Assembly (NCBI GenBank): GCA_963662655.2
Contig: CAXXTU010000002.1
Coordinates: 3,168,001-3,232,000, forward strand
Origin: Candidatus Cloacimonadales bacterium
GTDB lineage: Bacteria > Cloacimonadota > Cloacimonadia > Cloacimonadales > JAIOQZ01
Direction of reading: 5' to 3'
Length of the DNA: 64,000 bases
The notes under the pieces were generated by a model. That model had not been told where the DNA came from and did not search any database. It saw only the letters and a program-made list of their open reading frames with translations. The translations under genes and the position numbers were made by a program. Positions 10,801 to 22,800 of the stretch are shown here, in pieces. How positions within the stretch are numbered: the stretch's first letter is position 1; each line of letters starts with the position of its first letter.

Positions 10801-13800
10801 TGGACACCGAATCCGACGCCATCGTCCATGGTTGTGATATTATATAGGTACGTTGCATCCTCGTTCACTTCCGTCACAGGCGTTGATGTGAACTGAGGAG
10901 GAAGGTTACCGTAGTACACTTCCAGGACAAACACATCGGAGACGCTGGCGAGAGAATCGTCGGTAACCGTAACCTTGATCGAGTAATTTCCGCTGTTACC
11001 GATTTGTGGCGTACCGCTGAATGCCAATGTTTCTGCATTGAAGGTCAGCCATTCGGGAAGCGGACTGCCCGTCTCGAGAGTTGCGTCATACGCCAGGTGA
11101 TCGCCATACATAATGTCCGGATCGGCAAACGTACCGCCCGGAATCGTGTAGTCGTACAATTCGCCGGCCGTCGTGGTCATATCCGGTATCGGATTGGCGA
11201 TGTACGGAGCGTCGTTCATGTTGTGAACCGTAATGGTAAATTGCTGGCTGGTCGCATCGCGGATGATTCCGTCGCTGACATAGAGAACCACCTCGTGAGC
11301 GCCGACATTATCGTTGCCCGGTACGCCGGACAGAACGCCCGTTCCGTCGCCGTTATCGACAAGTGCGAGCCACTCGGGAACAACGCCGCCGATAATGGTC
11401 AGTCCGGCGTTATTGTTGTCATCCGTCGTGACGATATCGTACGAATAGGTCTCACCCTGAAGTATTTCAGTCGGCGGTACGCTTGCGAACTCGGGCGCTT
11501 CGTTCCCGGCCCTCACAACGATATCGAACTGGTCGACCGCCGTTGCAAGAGAATCGTCGGTTGCGATCAGAAGAATCGAGAAAAGCCTTGCATCGAGAAT
11601 GGATGGCGATCCGCGATAGAGCATCGAGACGGGATCAAACACCAGCCATCTCGGCAGGTTCGAACCGTCGATGAGCTTCGACGTGTATGTCAGGTGGTCG
11701 CCGTAAGGTATATCCGGATCATCAAATGTATCCAGATTTGCCTGATACTGATAGAATTGTCCAATCACCGCGCGTTGGTCGGGATTCGGATTCACCACGA
11801 TCGGCGCATCGTTGATGTTGTGGACCGTTAGCTGGAACGTTTGCTCGACTTGCGAAGCAAGCCCATCGCTGACAAGGATCGTGATTTCGCTTTGACCGAC
11901 ATCAGCGTTGGATGGAATACCGGCCAGCACGGCCATGCCGTTTCCGAGATCGTTGAATGTCAACCATTCGGGAAGCGCGTTTGTCGAGAAGACCAGGCCG
12001 TCAAGACTGTACGCGTCGTCCGTTGCTGATATCTCATAGGTGTAGCGAGAATCTTGCGTTGCATTCGTAACCGGTGTGCTTGTGAATTCCGGAGCGTCGT
12101 TGCTGCCAATCACGCGCAGGTTGAATTCGTCGTTTGCTTCTTCTCCCTGAATATCGGTAGCCTTGACTCGAATTGGTATGATGCCCGTGTCGACAAGCTG
12201 AGGAGTACCGCTGAGGGTTCTACCCGCTTCGTCGATGAGCAGCCATACAGGCATCGGTGAGTCGTCTACCGTGGTGATTTCGTAAGAAAGAACATCACCC
12301 TGATCCGGGTCTACGAATGTGTCATCTGCGAATGTATAGCTGAAGAACGAGCCGGCGACAGCAACCTGGTCGATCAACGGATTTGCCACGTATGGCGGGT
12401 GGTTGATCGCGCTAACGTTGATATCGAACGCTTGCTCGACAGGAGCCGAGATTCCGTCGCTGACGCTGAGGACAACGCCGTTCGATCCGACAAATTCGTC
12501 GGTTGGCGTTCCGGTCAGCGTGGCGGTACCGTCCTCGTTATCGTAAAGAGCGAGCCATGACGGTACGGTTTCGGCCGTGATTACGAGACCGCCGAAGTTA
12601 TTTACGTCGTCGCTTGTGGTGATGTTGTACAGGTACAGCTCATCCACATTGATTTCCGTTACAGGTGAAGAGGTGAATACCGGCGGTTGATTCTCGGCGA
12701 ATATGCGCAAGAGGTAATCGTCGTCGGCCATCATGCCGCCATCGTCTGTAACGATAATCATGATGTTGTGCGTTCCGGCGTCGGCTACAGCCGGAGTTCC
12801 CTGGATTACCCGGGTTTCCGGATTGAACGTAAGCCATTCCGGAAGCGGCTCGCCATTGGCAAGCATGGCATTCCAGGTAAGAACGGAGGCTTCGTCCGGA
12901 TCCTCGAAGGTATTCTCGGGAACCGTGTATTGATACAGTTGCTCCGCGACCGTTGTCTGGTTCGGAATCGGATTGACGAGCACGGGCGGCTGATTGACGT
13001 CGAGAACTTCAATGCTGAAGGACTGGTCGATCGAAGGCAGGATGTTGTCCGTAACCGTCAAAACGACATCGTGAGTTCCAATGTCCGATGTCGTTGGCGT
13101 GCCCCTCAACAAGCCTGTTCCGTCTTCGTTATCCGTGAAGGTCAGCCACGATGGCAGTGTCGGGGCTTCGATCGTGATCCCCAGATCGATGCCATCGTCG
13201 GTCGTCGTCACATTGTAGGTGTATTCTATATTTTCGTAGGCCTGCGTTATTGGTAGCGATGTAAACACCGGAGGAACATCCTCGGCATAAACAGACAGCG
13301 TGAAGATATCAAATGCGGACTCCATGCCGGTATCCGTTACCGTTACCCGAATGGTGTAGGAGCCGATATCGACCGCGCTGGGCAGTCCGTAGAACCGTCT
13401 TTGCGCCGGATAGAAGATAAGCCAGGTATGCGTCCATGATCCACCGGATGTGATGATCGCTTCGTAGGTGAGAACATCGTCGGCGTCGAAGTCGGCAAAC
13501 GTGTTTTCCGGAATGGAGTAGTTGAACGCCTGGCCTACCAGGGCAGCCTGGTCGGGAATCGAGTTCACCAGCACTGGCGGAGTATTTACATTCTCCACAA
13601 CAATACTGAATAGCTGTGCCACCGGAGCTGCGATACCGTCAGAGACATTCAGAACGACATTGTGGGTTCCCACGTCTTCGTTGGCCGGCGTTCCGAACAG
13701 GGTGGCCGTTCCGTCTCCGTTGTCCGTGATGGCAAGCCATGCCGGGACTTGCGGAGCCGATATCGTTATGCCCATGTTCACGCCATCGTCGGCTGTGGTC

Positions 13801-16800
13801 ACGTTGTACTGATACAATACATCTTCGGTGGCCGTGGTAACCGGCAAAGACGTGAAGGACGGTGCAACGTTCGTTTCGATGACCTGAAGGATGAAATCAT
13901 CCCAAACGGTTCCGGCTTGCTGGTCGTTGGCAACGACTCTGATCGAGTAAGAGCCGACTTCCGTCAAGCCAGGCAGGCCGTTGAAGTATCTTGCGTTCGG
14001 ATTGAAGCTCAACCAAGCTGGAAGCGGATTCCCGTCGGTCAGCATTGCTGCATATACCAGGGCGTCTCCGTAGATTGTATCGTCGTCGGCAAACGTATTC
14101 TCCGGGAATACATAGGCGAACTCTTCATTGATCAGGATAGCTTGATCCGGTATTGGCTGATTCACATACGGCAAATCGTTGGTGTTCGTCACATTGATTG
14201 TGAATGCCTGTGTTCCCAGAACGCGGGTTCCGTCATTCACGGTGAGAACCACATTGTGGGCGCCGACGTTTTCATTCAGAGGCGTTCCTTCGAGCAGGGC
14301 GGTGCCGTCTCCATGATCTGTCAGCGTGAGCCAGGATGGAGCTTGAGGCGCTGAAATGACAAGAAGCGCTCCAGGATCGGTATCCTCGGTTACAATGTTG
14401 TACTGATAGAGGAAATCTTCCGTCGCGTTTGTGACGGGAGAAGATGTAAAGTATGGGCTGTCGCCGTTATTGATGACTTCCAGATGGAAGGTGTCTTCGG
14501 CAAATGCTGATTCGATGTCTGTCGCGATAACGACGATATCGAGGTCGACAACGTCGAGGTCGCCCGGAGTACCGCTGAAGGTGCGGGTAACATCGTTGAA
14601 TGACAGCCAGGCCGGAAGCGGAGAATTATCGGAGAGCTTCGTGCTGTAACTCAGTTCGTCACCCCAAACGAGGTCTTCGTCGTCGAAGGTGTTGTCGGCA
14701 AATGTATAGGTGAAGAACTCGTCTTCGGTTGCCGTCTGGTCGGGAATCGGGTTCGCGACGTACGGCGCACCGTTCACGTTGGTGACAGATATGGAGAATA
14801 TCTGATGGACCGGATCGGCGATACCATCCGAGACCACGATGTCCAGGTTGTTCGATCCAACGTTTTCGTTATCGGGCGTTCCGCTCAATGTCGCGGTTCC
14901 GTCTCCGTGGTTGACCAGCGAAAGCCATTCGGGAATCTCCACGGCGAGGAATGCCAGGCCGAAGTTTTGTCCGTCGTCGCTGGCTGTTACCAGGTATGAG
15001 TAAAGGACATCCTCCGTTGCGGTAGTGACTGGTGTCGATGTGAAAACGGGCGGGTCGTTCGATTCGATAACCGCGAGAGAGAAGTCGTCGGAAACGCTCT
15101 CGAGCTGCGTGTCACGAACGAATACCCGGATGTCGTAGGTTGTGCCGATCAGTTCCAGAGGAGCAACGCCGTTGAAGGTATGCGTCTCGGGATCGAATGT
15201 GAGCCATGTCGGAAGCGCGTCGCCATTTGTCTGGCGTGCGGCGTATGTCAGAATATCGCCAAACGGAAGGTCGTCATCCCCGAAAGTCGTTTCCGGGATG
15301 GTGAAGTTGTACAGCGTATTGGCGATTGCCGCCTGATCCATGAGAGGATTCTCCACGTATGGCGGTGTATTGACGTTGAGTACCTGCAACTGGAATTCGT
15401 CCGTCGCGGTCAGTCCGGCAATGTCGGATGCGATTACGCGAATGGTGTAGGTACCAACGTGGTTGTTCATCGGGATACCGCTGAAGGTTCTTTGTGACGG
15501 AATGAAGCTGAGCCAGCCCGGCAGCGGGTCTCCGTTCGAGAGTTCCGCGACGTATGTCAGCTGGTCGCCGTAGATGATGTCGTCGTCGGTGAAAGTGTCT
15601 TCATCGAAGGTGAACGAATAGGCTGCGCTTTCGTAGGTGACGTGATTCGGGATCGGGTTCACCACAACGGGACCGTCGTTTGTGTTCACTACGGTGACAG
15701 CGAAACTCTGCTCGACAGCCGGTGAGATTCCGTCGCTGAGCGTGAGGGTCACGTCCCATACACCGATCATCGAGTTGTCCGGCGTTCCGGTAAGATCGGC
15801 TGTCCCGTCCCCGTTGTCGTTCAACGTAAGCCATTCAGGGATTACCGGAGCCTGAAGGACGATTCCGCCTTCATTCACGCCGTCGTCGGATGTTTTGACG
15901 TTGTACAAGTACAGCGCATCTTCGAAGGTGGAAAGTAACGGACTGGATGTAAACTCCGGCGGGTAGTTCGAGGGAACGATTTCGAGAACGAACTCGTCTG
16001 TTGCGAACGCGCCTTCGATGTCCGTGGCCTTCACAACGATATCGTATTGTCCGATATCCTCGACTGCTGGCGTTCCGCTGAATGTAACGGTCGGAGCGTC
16101 GAAGCTCAGCCATCCCGGCAATGGAAGTTCGCCTGTGAGGCTCGCGCTGTATGTGAGTGCGTCACCCGTATCGATGTCGTTGAAGGTTCCTTCCGGGATT
16201 GTGTAACTGTACGCGATATCAACCCGAGATATCTGATCCGCGATCGGATTCACCAGAACCGGTGCATCGTTCACGTTCTGAACCTCGATGGTAAAGCTTT
16301 GCTCAACCGGATCTGCGATGTGATCCCACGCGGTGAGCCTTACATCGAATGTGCCGATCTCGTCGTTGGTTGGCGTTCCGGTAAGCGAGGCGTTTCCGTT
16401 GCCCAGGTTCGAGAACGTCAGCCATTCTGGAAGTTCGGGCGCTTCGAGCGTCAGGCCGAAATTCACGCCGTCGTCCTCAACCGTGATGTTGTATATATAA
16501 GGTATATCCTGTGTCGCGTCCGTGACGGGAGTGGATGTAAACTCCGGTGCGAAGTTGGATGCGAAAACAACAATATTGAAATGATCTTCTGCTGACTCCA
16601 GCGCAGCATCGGATGCTGTGAGAAGAATCGGATAGCTTGTTCCCGATTCGATGCCTGCTGGTGTTCCGTAGAAGCGCCGGTCGGATCCATCGAAGGACAT
16701 CCAGGCCGGAAGCGGAGAACCGCCTTCGAGGGTGGCCGTGTAGTTCATGAAGTCGCCGGGGTCCGGATCGTTGAAGGTATCTTCTGGGAAGATGTATTCG

Positions 16801-19800
16801 AACGGTGTATCCGTGAATGCGGCCTGATCCGGGATCGGATTAACCAGTTCGGGCGAGTCGTTGAAGTTGTTGATAACCAGGTTGAAGTCGTTATATACCG
16901 ATTCCCCTGCGATATCCGTGGCTGTCAGCCGGATGGAGTATGTCCCGGTGTCGTAGTCCGAAGGCAATCCGGAGAAGAGTCTCTGGCTTGAAGTGAAGGT
17001 CAGCCATTCGGGAAGTGGATTCCCGTCGCTAAGCGTTGCAGAGTATGTAAGGATGTCTCCGTAAGGGATATCCGGGTCTGTGAATGTGTTGGATGGGAAC
17101 GTGTAGTTGAACAAAACGTCTTCCCAACCGATGACCATTGAAATCGGATGAAGAAGGTAAGGTCCGTCGTTCACGTTCTCGACCGTGAGCGTGAAGATGT
17201 CCGTTCCGGTCGCTCCTTCGATGTCCGTGGCGATCACGGCAATACTGTACTCGCCGACATTAGAGTTCGCCGGCGTACCGGTGAATGTTCTCGTTCCCGG
17301 CTCGAAGCTCAACCATGCCGGAAGGGGAGAGGCGTCCGCGAGCTTGGCGCTGTAAGTAAGAGCGTCCACGGCGTCGATATCCTCGAACACGTCTTCGGTG
17401 AACGAGAACTGGAAGTAAACGTCCTGCGTCGCCGTCTGATCGGCAATCGGATTAACCACCTGCGGTGCGTTGTTCACGTTGGCCACGAGGATGGAGAATT
17501 CCTGCGAAACTTCCTGCGCGATGTTATCGCTGAGTGTAAGGATCACGGGATTCTCACCGACGTTGTCGTTTCCGGGCGTACCCTCGAGGAGAGCGGTACC
17601 GTCGCCGTTGTCCGTCAGCGTAAGCCACTCGGGAACGGTCGTTCCGGCAATGGTGAAACCATCGTCGATTCCGTCGTCGCTCGAGGTGATATTGTAGGTG
17701 TAAAGCACATCTTCCGTTGCGTCTTCCGATGGGGTGGAAGTAAACTGCGGCTGCTGATTCGTGGGAATCACGGTCAGGATGAAGTCGTCGAACGCTTCTT
17801 CGTTCGAGTTGTCCCGAACCGTCACGCGGATTTCGTACGTATCCACATCGTCGAGCGCGGGTTGGAAGGTGAAGTATTTCGATTCGGCGTTGAACGCGAT
17901 CCATGCCGCGAGCGGATTGCCGTCACTGAGTGCGGCAGAGTAGGTCAACTCGTCGCCCCAGATGATGTCGTCGTCGACAAACGCGTCGTCCGCGAGGTAG
18001 TAATCGATGGTGGTGTTTGCCGCGACGGTTCTGTTCGGGATTGGATTCGCGACAACCGGCGCATCGTTAACGTTCGCCACCTGAATCGTGAATTCCTGAG
18101 TTGAGATAACGCGAACGCCGTCGCTGACCGTGAGGGCAACCTGGTTTTCTCCGACGTTTGCATTCAGCGGAGTTCCTTGCAGGACTCCCGTGTTGTCGCC
18201 ATTGTCGTCGAGCGTCAACCACCCGGGCAGCACGGTGGCGTCAATCGCGAGGATTGCGTCGGGATCGTCGTCCGCCACGGTGATATTATATGTGTAAGGT
18301 GAATCTTCCGTACCCTGAAGAACCGGAGAGGATATGAAGTACGGATCGTCCTGCGTATTCTGTATCTCGATAGTGAATACCGAAGAGACGCTTTCCGATT
18401 GATTGTCGGTGGCGGTCACCTTGACCTGGATATTCTCGGGAACGGTCGGCGTTCCGGAGAAGGTCTCGGTCTCATCGTCGAAAGCTAGCCACGCCGGAAG
18501 CGGTGAATCGTCTTCAAGGGAAGCTGAAAGGATGAGCGCGTCTCCCCAGATGATGTCGTCGTCTTCAAACGTGTTCGCGGGAATCGTATAACTGAATGCC
18601 TGATCCTCGGTGGCGATCTGATTCGGAATCGGATTCGCGATATAAGGCGCATCGTTGGTGTTTGCGATCACGATTGCGAACTCGTCGGAAACGGATTCGT
18701 CCGAACGGTCCCTTGCCGTAACCCGGATGTCGTAGGTTCCCACCTCCGCGTTGGTCGCGGTACCGCTGAAATTGCGCGATGCAGGCGTGAATGTCAGCCA
18801 CCCTGGAAGGGGGGCGTCCGAAACGAGCGTCGCACTGTAGAACAGTGTGTCTCCCACGCCCACGTTCGCATCGAAGAAGGTGTCGCTGTTGAAGGTGAAC
18901 GTGAATGGCGTGTCCTCAAGACCGTTCTGGTTCGGAATCGGATTGGCCAGCACAGGTGGTTGATTGAGATAGCGCACCTCGAACTGGAACAAGTCTGTGG
19001 CGGAGGTGTTCGAGCTGTCGGTGGCTGTTACCTGTATCTCGAATATCTCGATATCCGATGCTTGCGGAGTACCCGAGAACGTACGAGTGGCCTGGTTGAA
19101 GGAGAGCCACGTCGGCAAGTTCTGCAGGTCGCCATCGACGTATTTCCGGGCAGTGTATGTCAGGTAATCGCCGTGGATGATGTCGTCATCGGTGAAAGTA
19201 TTTTCCGGGAACGTGAAGCTGTAGGCATCTGCTTCAGTAGTAACCTGATCTTCAATCGGGTTTGCCAGAACCGGAATGTCGTTCACGTTCTCGACTTCCA
19301 GCCTGAAGGTATCTACGGCGGTAGCAAAGGCCGTATCGGTCGCGGTTACCGCGATTTGATAGATACCAACGTCTTCGTTGAGCGGGATGCCATTGAACGT
19401 TCTGAGCTCGGGCGTGAAGTTCATCCAGGAAGGAAGGTCGACGATCGTATCGGTGGAATCGACCATTCCGGCGCTGTACAGGAGGATATCCCGAACAGGC
19501 TGGTTGTCCGGATCGCTGAATACGTTCGCGCTGAATGTAAATGTGTAGGGTAAATCTTCTGTGGCATGGTGATCGAGAATGGGGTTCAGAACGACGGGGC
19601 CGTCGTTCGAGTTCAGCACTTCGATCTGGAACACGACGGAAGCCGTGAGACCTGCCGCATCCTCGATGATGACCTTGATGCGGTGGATACCCCGATCGTC
19701 ATTCGTGGGTGTGCCCGAGAAGGTTCTTGTGTTGCTGTCGAATGACAACCATAGCGGGAGCGGTATTTCCCTTCCGCTGCTGTCCTGCACGGCGCTGTAC

Positions 19801-22800
19801 GTGAACGTATCGCCATAAGGCGTGTCCGGGTCACCGAATACGGAATCGGAGAAGGTGAATTCGAAGAGCTGATCCTCGTTAGCCAACTGGTTTGGTATCG
19901 GATTCAAGACGTAGGGAGGATCGTTCGTGTTCGCGATATTGATATCGAAGACATCCTCCGCGGTCAATCCCGGAACGTCCGTAACGATCGCCTTCACTGA
20001 AAGCGTACCGACGTTCTCGTTGCGTGGAATACCCGTGAATGTTTTCGTGTTCGGATCGAAATTCAGCCAATTCGGCAGGGGGGAATCGTTCGCCTGACGA
20101 GCGCTGTAGGTGAGAATATCGCCTTCGGCAATGTTTTCGTCGTCGAATGTTCCGTCAGGGATCGCGAAGCTGAATCCGCTGTCTTCGGTGGCGTTCTGAT
20201 CGTCAAGCGGCGTTGCTACGAATGGAGCGATGTTGATCCATGTAACCCAAAGCCTGAATACATCCGACGCAGCTTGCCCCGAGATGTCCTCGGCCTCGAC
20301 GCGGATAAAAATCTGGCCAATGTTCACATGAACCGGTGTTCCTGAGAAAGTCCGGGTTCCCGGATCGAAGCTCAGCCACGCGGGAAGCGGTGACAAATCG
20401 GAAAGGGTTGCGCTATAGGTGAGGTTATCGCCCGGGTCGTCGTCCGCAAAGATGGTGTCCGGCACCGTGTATTGGTACAGGTCCTGTTCCTGCGTGATCT
20501 GATCAGGAATCTCGTTGAGGACGTACGGAGCGTCATTCGTGTTGATAACCGTTATTGTGAACGTATCGATTACCGTCTCGGCGCTGAGGTCGGTTGCTGT
20601 CAGTGCGATGCTGTAAACAGCGATGTCCTCATTCGCTGGAGTTCCGGTGAATCTTCTGCTGAGGGGCACGAAGTTCAACCAGGCGGGGAGTTCCGATCCA
20701 TCCGATTGCTCGGCAGAGTAGCTGAGCGACTCATTCGGGTCCGGATCGAAGAATGTGTTTTCTGGGAATACGTAGTCGAGCAGGGTGTCCTCGTTGACAT
20801 TCACATTGCCAATCGGGTTGAGAACCTCCGGAGGATCGTTTACATTGATAACCTCGATGTTGAATGTTTGCGGTACCGGGTCGGCAATGTCGTCGCGAAT
20901 GGTGATCGCCACTTCGTTGAGGCCGATGTACTCGTTGGTAGGATAACCCGAAAGCGTGGCGGTGCCATCGCCATGGTCTGTCAGCGACAGCCATGCTGGA
21001 AGAGTTGGGCTTGCGTAATGAAGGCCGCAGACACTGATGGTGTCGTCGATTGCGGTAACATTGTATTGATAGAGTTCGTCCTCGTTCACCGTTAGGGGCG
21101 GCTCAGATGTGAAAACCGGGGGATCGTTCGTCAACGCGAAATAGAGTTTTCTCTCGATATTCACTCCGGTACCCTGTCCGGTGAAGCCCTGGTCGTTCAT
21201 GATCACGGTCATCGTTTCCATGCCTTCCACATCAGGGTCGGAGTAGTAATAGAAGTCTTTGAGATAGTTGTTCATGTTAGTTTGGCTAACAACGATAACA
21301 ACGTTGTTCGTGCCATCGCCGGAGATGAATCTCGAACCACCGTCAACGCTGAGAATACCCTTTGTCACGCTGATGTTCAAGATGAGCTGGTTCGATGCAA
21401 TATCGGGATCCCAAACTCTGATCGAATCGGCGGCGGTGAAATGGTAATTCAGGTTTTCATCGACATCGAGCGGAACATAAAGGCAGCTATCGACCTTTGT
21501 CGATCCGTGGAAAAGCTCTGGGGTGTCGTTGATGTCCTGTACTTTGATCTGAGCAATGTCGCTTGCCACGCTAAACGCCGTGGTATCGCCTACAGCGACG
21601 ACATTGTAGGTTTGACCGGCGTTACCAGCGCTTCTGTCCCAGGCGCGGAAACGTAAGTTGGCGTAACCGTTGTAGTTGACCATCGGAACGAAACGGATTC
21701 GATGTGTGCCCAGCGTACCATCAAGCAAAGGAGCAGCGCTTGAAATATCTACCAGGTCATTATCGATCGCGGTGAAATCGTCCCAGGTTATACCGTTGTT
21801 CGTGGAATATTGCCAATTACCGTAGGTGTTGTCCACTTCGATAACGGCGATGGCCTTTACCGTATTGCCATCCGGATCGTAAATCGCGCCGTTTTCGACG
21901 ATGTTTTCAATGAGGTTTCCGGGGTTGTCGTAGTCATCTTCAGGGATGCTTGTCAACACGGCGTTGTAGCTTGGATAAAGGATCGGAGCATCGTTAACGG
22001 GTTCTATATAGAAACTCAGGTTTCGATAAACATCATTACCGCCACCCTGACCGGTATTACCCTGGTCGTTGATTCTGATAACCAGTGTGTCGGGTCCCGA
22101 AACGTTCTGGTTGGGGTGAAGGGTAAAGCTGTCGAGGTAATCGTTGATCTGGTTGATCGTCGAAACGATGGTCACGTTGCTCGTGCCATTACCCGAGATA
22201 AAGCGGCTCATCCCCCGGTCAATGGTTAACGTGCAGTAGCTCGTCATCATGTTCAGGATAACTGGAGTATCAATATCATCTTTGTTTAGAATATCAACAT
22301 CGTCAATTCTGATTGAATCTGCGGGAGTAAAGGTGTAGAATCCATCTTCAAACACTGTAATATTAAGATCGATGGTTCCGGTTATCTCCGTTCCGTCCAT
22401 GAATAACTGAGGGTCGTCGTTCACGGCGGTAACATTGAAAGTGAACTGATATTCGCCGCTGAACTCGGTTGCGGAATCCATAACCTGGAAGTTGAATGAA
22501 GAGTATGCAGTGCCGTTTCCGTTGATTTCAGGAGTGTATTTCAATAAATTCAGCGCTGGAACGTCAACGGGATAGGGAACAGAGCCGGCCCCAATGGTAA
22601 ATCCCATGTAAGTAATCGTTCCGTGGTCCGGAATCGATGTGAGCCTGACGGCAAGAAATTCGTTCCCATCCGAGTCGTTGAAGGGAAAGTCTGATTCCGA
22701 GAAGGTCCAGACCGAATCTTCCAGAATTGTCTTCGTTACATTCGCACTTGTTGGTGCACTACGGTGCAAAGTGTCTCTCGATTGAGCCGCAATCGAGGTG